Shown here piece by piece: positions 59,282-64,000 of a stretch of DNA of 64,000 nucleotides (its first letter is position 1; each line of letters begins with the position of its first letter). A program made the position numbers and the translations under genes. Source of the DNA: an uncultured Acidobacteriota bacterium (lineage in GTDB: Bacteria > Acidobacteriota > Thermoanaerobaculia > UBA5066 > DATFVB01). The stretch is from positions 820,870 through 884,869 of the forward strand of contig CAWEYG010000002.1 of NCBI GenBank assembly GCA_963813155.1. The letters run 5' to 3'. The notes under the pieces were generated by a model, which was not told the origin of the DNA, ran no database searches, and saw nothing but the letters and a program-made list of their open reading frames with translations.

Positions 59282-59505
59282 GCGCGTCTCGGAGCCAAGA
59301 GCGATCAAGTTGCTTCTGCTCTCACAGGCTCAAAAACGACTTCGGAAAACCGCACGCTCATCGCGGGCCCGAAAGCTGGGCGGGAACCTTTGAGGCTCGG
59401 GTGGGTATTGATCTGAAATAATCCGTTCCGTCAGGAAAAGGCTCGCCTCTTCGTGTTGTTGCTCGGTACCCACGACGAGATTCGCCGAATCCTGAACGGC
59501 TCTAG
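59243..59505 (+). pseudogene. RelE-like toxin, frameshifted
   Basis: Fragments ETAEAFERAL, DFGKPHAH, RKLGGN, EARVGIDL, LLGTHDEIRRIL. Confidence 0.65.
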
Positions 59506-59526
59506 CTCACGAGTTCGCGCACCACC

Positions 59527-59558
59527 TTACGCCTTCACGTTTCACGCCTTCACGCCTC
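59527..59558. repeat. Short tandem 7-8-mer repeat (TCACGCCT-like)
   Basis: TTACGCCT TCACGTT TCACGCCT TCACGCCT. Confidence 0.6.
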
Positions 59559-60151
59559 TGAGCGACGGCTACCGGAGATAGATCTACCTGAGCTCTAACA
59601 TATCTCGACGCCGGTAGTTCTTTCCAACGCTCCTCTTGCCTATTCGGAGCCACCGAGCACCCCCACAAACTCAGCAATTACCTGTGCGTCTACGATCCCC
59701 CGGGATCTCTCCGAGTGCCGGCGAGGTCGCGGACGATCTGTTCCTTCGCCGGCCCGCCGCCCGTCGGGAAAGGTCAAGGGATCATGTTGCGCGGAGCGAA
59801 AAAGGGCGTTTTTCCGCCGGGTGTCAGCAGGTGGACCACGCGCCAGCGACAACCTCGGTCTCGCCGGAGCCGGCGCAGGCAAACAGCTGGAGGTTCCGAC
59901 CATCATGCTGATGTCCAAGCTGATGCTTAGTGAATTTCACTCCAGGCACCCGCCAGAAAGAGTTCGAACGTCAATCCAACGCAGCCGAACACCGCGCGAG
60001 AGAAGGAACTGTCCTCCCAATTGTAGGTGAACGCCGAGGACCTGACCCCTTCCCATCGCGCCTCCGGGGTTTGGGGGACATGGCTTCGGCCAGAGGCCGA
60101 AGAATTGTGAATTCTAAATTTTGAGTGTCTTATTGGAGCCGGAGCCGCGGG

Positions 60152-60371
60152 CTACGAGCGAAGCTCAGGCGGCCTCTGGTAGCTTCTTCGGGTAGGGCGA
60201 CCCAGTCTCGCGCGCCGTCTCGATCCATTCCTGGATGACGACTTCGGCGCTTCGGCGAGTGCCTTCTCGCGGGTAGCGCCGTCTGCTGCGCAGCCGGGGA
60301 GCTCCGGGACCTCGGCCACGAAGGCTTCGTCCTCGGCGCTCCAGTAGATGATCACTTCGTAACGACTGATC
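60152..60371 (-). pseudogene. HicB family antitoxin, frameshifted, no hicA seen
   Basis: RYEVIIYWSAEDEAFVAEVPELPGCAADGAT.EKAL...VIQEWIETAR; TATAAT at 60385-60390 on minus strand. Confidence 0.8.
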
Positions 60372-60509
60372 TTGACTCCGTCAAATTATACGGGCCGGTC
60401 GGCCGCGCTGCTGGCGAGAGAAGCGTTCAGGGAAAACGCGGAGAAGCCGCAGTGAAAAAGCCGCCTCGGCGCGGCCCGAAGGGGGCGGATCAAATCGGGT
60501 CCGGGAGGC

Positions 60510-60977
60510 GTCCCGTCGAGCAGGTACCGCCGCCGACCCCTTTCGATCCGCGATCACCTGCGGGTTGTTCTGCGACCTGCTGGGGCGGTCGAGAGCCTTG
60601 ATCAGGATGACTATGTTGTCCGGCCCGCAGGCGGTGGGAGGGCCTGGAGACTCGAGCGCCCCGGGCGGCGCGGCGGATTCGCGGGTTGCCGGAGCGGCGA
60701 AATTCGTGACGTTCGCGGCGACGATTCGGCCGTCCCGGCGCCGCTGCGGAGCGACTGGCATCAATCTGGATCGCGCGTATTCGTCGGGAAGCTCCCGTTG
60801 ACGTTGCTGCGACCGGGTCCCATTCGATGAAAATTTCACCCGTGCATTCGTTGACGTAATACCCCGCTGCAGGGGCGCCGGGAACTGGGGATTCTACGCT
60901 TTGCCTCTCGGGAGCGCGGTTGCCGAGAAGCCGAGCAGAAGAACCGTACCGAGCAGGACGCCGAGACGCTTTTTCAT
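60510..60977 (-). pseudogene. Paralog of secreted gene X, frameshifted
   Basis: MKKRLGVLLGTVLLLGFS signal; VTNFAAP, CGPDNIVILIKALDRPSRSQNNPQVIAD match 49991-50455. Confidence 0.8.
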
Positions 60978-61171
60978 TTTCGCTCCTTCTGTTTTGCCCG
61001 CGATTCTAGCACGTGCCGGCGGAGGGCACCAACGTCGCGCCTGGGGCCCAATCCGCGCTTCGGCAGTATGGCCTCCCGGCCGGGCATGGATCGCGCCAGG
61101 CGGCCTGGCGAGGTCGGCGCGAGTACCGGGCGGGTGATCGGGCCTCCCCGAGGAGACGCAGCGCGCCGGGC

Positions 61172-61475
61172 GGCGGCTCGCTTGGGCCGGGAGATCCGCG
61201 TCCCGGCCTCGGAGCTCGGGCAGCGTCCGCGGCACGGCACGATCGGTCGGAGTGGGGCCCAGTCCCCGCGCAGGCTCTCAGGGGTGCGGGGCGACTCTCG
61301 CGTCTCAACTGAGTACGGGATTCTTCTCGCGCCTCACCAGGCCTGCGGAGGAGGAGTCCTGCCCGCCCCGCGTCCCGGCCCGCCCGAAGAGCGTACTCCT
61401 GAGTCTCGCCGTCGGCGTCGGGGCCCTACTCCCTGAAGCGGAGGTCCGGGAGAGTCCGGGCGCAAAGGCGCCGTG
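61172..61475 (-). repeat. Family B copy 4 (inverted, ~61172-61428) joined to the left end of family A (~61430-61475)
   Basis: Reverse complement has GGGCGGGCCGGGACGCGGGG, GTGAGGCGC, GAATCCCGTACTCAGTTGAGACGCGAGAGTCGC, GAGCTCCG; adjacent CCCTGAAGCGGAGGTCC matches the A end. Confidence 0.8.
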
Positions 61476-61623
61476 CGTCCGAAGCCGCGGGTGGCGCGGG
61501 TTCGATTCGAGGAGACCGAGAGCCTTTCTCACCGCCTTGAGGCGCTTGGAGAGTCCGCCGTCCGACTCGAGTTTGTGGAAGGTTCTCTTTCGCTTCCTTC
61601 GTGAACTGAAGGCGAAAGGTCAC
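61472..61623 (-). pseudogene. RelE-like toxin, 5' half only
   Basis: MTFRLQFTKEAKENL...KRLKAVRKALGLLESNPRHPRLRTH, then sequence switches to the repeat element. Confidence 0.65.
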
Positions 61624-61918
61624 TTGCGGGGCTTGCGCGCTTTCGGTGCGGCCTGGCGAACGAGCCGAGCGAAGCCGTTTCACCCTTCCCCGCTTGGGCA
61701 AGCCGGACGCCGGACGCTCGAGTACGCCTCCGGGTTTTCATAAAGCCATTGCTCGCGCGCCGGGATCTTCGACGAAGGGCTCGAGAAGGACTCGACCTTC
61801 GCCATCCACCGCCACGCGATAACTGCTGATGTCTTTCCCCAGGCGTCGAGCTGGCTACGCGTCCCCTTCGAGTCCGGGCGGACCCGGGCGACGTACTTAA
61901 CGAAGCGGCATGGCTCAT
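61620..61918 (-). pseudogene. AbrB-like antitoxin, frameshifted
   Basis: Fragments RPDSKG, SSYRVAVDGEGRVLLEPFVE, IPAREQWLYENPEA.SSVR, LAQAGKG...LGSFA. Confidence 0.7.
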
Positions 61919-62029
61919 GAAGCGATTCTCGCGCTGAGTGGGATAGAAGTCAAGTGGGATATCCCACTACCAGCCGGCCGTCGCGCGAAGTTCGCTTGGC
62001 GAGGACGCGGCGCGACCCCGGGCGGCGGC

Positions 62030-62364
62030 TCAGTGCGCCGGGTCTTCGCATCGATAGATCGTCCCTCGAACGAAGTTCGGTGTTCTCTCGAGAATCAGCA
62101 CGGTGTCGCCGCCGGCATCCGCGGCGATCGCTTCGAGGTTGGCGTTACGATCCGCCTCGTCTTTTGCGACTCCATTCGTCCCAATTCTGCCGGAGAGATT
62201 GATGTCTTCTCACCATCCTGCAACCCGCGACGACGGAGAGATCTGTCGCAATCGTCACCGGGCGCGTTTCCTTCCGCGCCACGGGCGCTTCCCGAGTTCG
62301 AAGGAACGCCCATTACCCCCGCCAGGACAGCGAGCACGACGACGACCACGAGCCTCGTTTTCAT
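62030..62364 (-). pseudogene. Small secreted hypothetical protein, frameshifted
   Basis: MKTRLVVVVVLAVLAG signal; C-terminal AADAGGDTVLIL...GTIYRC in another frame. Confidence 0.5.
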
Positions 62365-63532
62365 GGAGTCTTCGCGAAAGCCCTTTCCATTTCTTCGAAG
62401 GCCTTCGTGTCACGGGAGGGGGCCGCACGCCTCCATTTCAGAACGACCCACACGCCAAACGCGATCGCACCCAGCGTGATCAACGATTCCGGGGCCTTCG
62501 AGCGGATCAGCTTGCCGAGGCAGATCTCCACTGCTCCAAATCCGGCGACCATCGTCATCGCGTAGACGACGGCGAGGGCGCGGCGCTCGCGGGATCGAGG
62601 CCTTGCGGCGAGCATCGCCGCGCTGACCCAGGCGGCGAGGAGCGGGCACTCCACGAACTCAACGGCGGCCCCAACGCGAGCATGTAAGCGATCCAGTTAC
62701 CGCAAGCAGCCGCTCACCAGCCACTCCGCAGGCACCTCCCGCCGTTGCAGCCGCCAGGCCCAGCCGACGACGAGGAGTCCGCCAAGCGCTTGAATCGCCC
62801 GATAGGCGCCGAGCGGCAGCGCGACGTTGAGGGATTCGAAGACATGCAGGACATCCCGCACACCGGGCAATCGGCAGGGCCGTCGACTCCTGCAACCGCG
62901 CCTGACAATCCCGGTACTTCCCCGACGACCGCCCCGGGTTGCCCGTTAAAGAATGGCAACAGCGCGAGCGTGACGAGAGCGATGGCGAATCGCCAGCTCA
63001 TCTTCCTGGGCCAAGGACCGCGACGACACCGGCCAGCACGATCGGAGCGAGCTTCGAAGATGCACGCCGAGCGCCAGGAGGAATGCCGCTAACCACCACC
63101 GTCGCTCCACGAGGGCTACGGCGGCCAGAAAAATGACCGCCGCGGTCCAGGTGTGCGTCTGCGACGACCATATCGAACGAACGACGCCCACAAGGCTCAG
63201 CGCGAGCACCGCGGGTTCGTTTCGACTCAGAACCGGTTCCGGAAACACCGTGCGCGCGAGCCGGCGGATCGCGTGGAACAGAGCGCGAGGCCCAGGACAT
63301 CGAAGAGAATGTTCCTGAGCGACCCGGGGAGCGCCGGCAAGGCGCGAGCAGCGCCGCGAAGACGGGGCTATAACGGAAGTAATCCGCGCCCACGTAGAGG
63401 ATCCGCCCGCCCCACCAACCCAGCGCTCCCTTCCGAAAGACCGGCCCACAGATTGTGTCGTTCCGGTGATACGAGCACATGGACGCTCGCGGCGATGCCG
63501 AGCAGGACCCAGAGAGCTCTCGCCGCGCGCAT
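62361..63532 (-). pseudogene. Polytopic membrane glycosyltransferase (GT87/DUF2029-like), frameshifted
   Basis: YFRYSPVFAALLAP motif, WWLAAFLLALG..KLAP, many TM fragments. Confidence 0.6.
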
Positions 63533-64000
63533 CGAGATCCGCGAAGAATGAGGCGGGACTGAAAGTGACGATGTGCCTGACGCGGTCGTGCGGCGAATCT
63601 GCGGCGGGTCACGGCTCATAGGCCGACCGGTTTGGGGTGCGAGGACGAATCCCGGGCGTTTGCCGGCCTCTCGACCAGCCACGAATCCGCCTCGGGGCTC
63701 CAGGAGAGCTCGAAAGATGTCCCCGCGAAACCTGTCTGCACTCGCCGACTCCGGGTCGATTCGAATAGAGATCGGAGTTTTGGATCCGCGAGGTGGCACG
63801 CAGCCAGGAACAACGCGAAGGCGGATTCTCGGCAGGCATGCAATCGTTTCCACAACTCGGATACCTCGAGCCCAGGCCGGGCGCGGTCCGGGGGGCGCGA
63901 GCGAGAACTCCATCGGCTCTGCCGGTCGGGAAAGGGCCGCGTCCGGTCGGGAGACGGCCACGCCGACCACTGTTTCCGACGGTTCCCGAGCCGGAAGAGG

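Noticed and set aside
45300-62000. CRISPR array
   Set aside because: Repeats are 120-260 nt, irregularly spaced and separated by whole genes; no cas genes.
63550-64000. Possible short gene(s) at the window end
   Set aside because: Several competing frames, no motif and poor apparent sequence quality.

Overview
GC-rich bacterial chromosomal window. The gene repertoire (Oar-type TonB receptor, GloVer-type repeat protein, kinase-TPR and sulfatase-TPR proteins) suggests an Acidobacteriota-like organism; this lineage is inference only. Bases 1-45 kb are mostly ordinary genes: yggT-divIVA-hutI-cyclodeaminase, a cobalamin riboswitch-btuB-pduO unit, a MocR regulator facing ilvE-phzF, a group II decarboxylase, an unusual larB/deoxyhypusine-synthase-like pair, peptidases, an ECF sigma module, ychF, a kinase and TonB/sulfatase-like genes. 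Bases ~45.3-64 kb form an accessory island of short gene modules and five toxin-antitoxin loci. These are separated by two families of long (~120-260 nt) intergenic repeats, A and B, four copies each, with compensatory base changes in their stems and shared terminal motifs. The island carries two copies of a secreted, propeptide-less papain-fold protein with Ser at the catalytic Cys position (silicatein-like substitution) and two copies of a small secreted Cys-containing protein. Isolated 1-nt indels break several genes, and beyond ~55.3 kb nearly every gene is frameshifted, so many 'pseudogenes' there may be sequencing errors. No tRNA, rRNA, CRISPR array, integrase or transposase was recognised.
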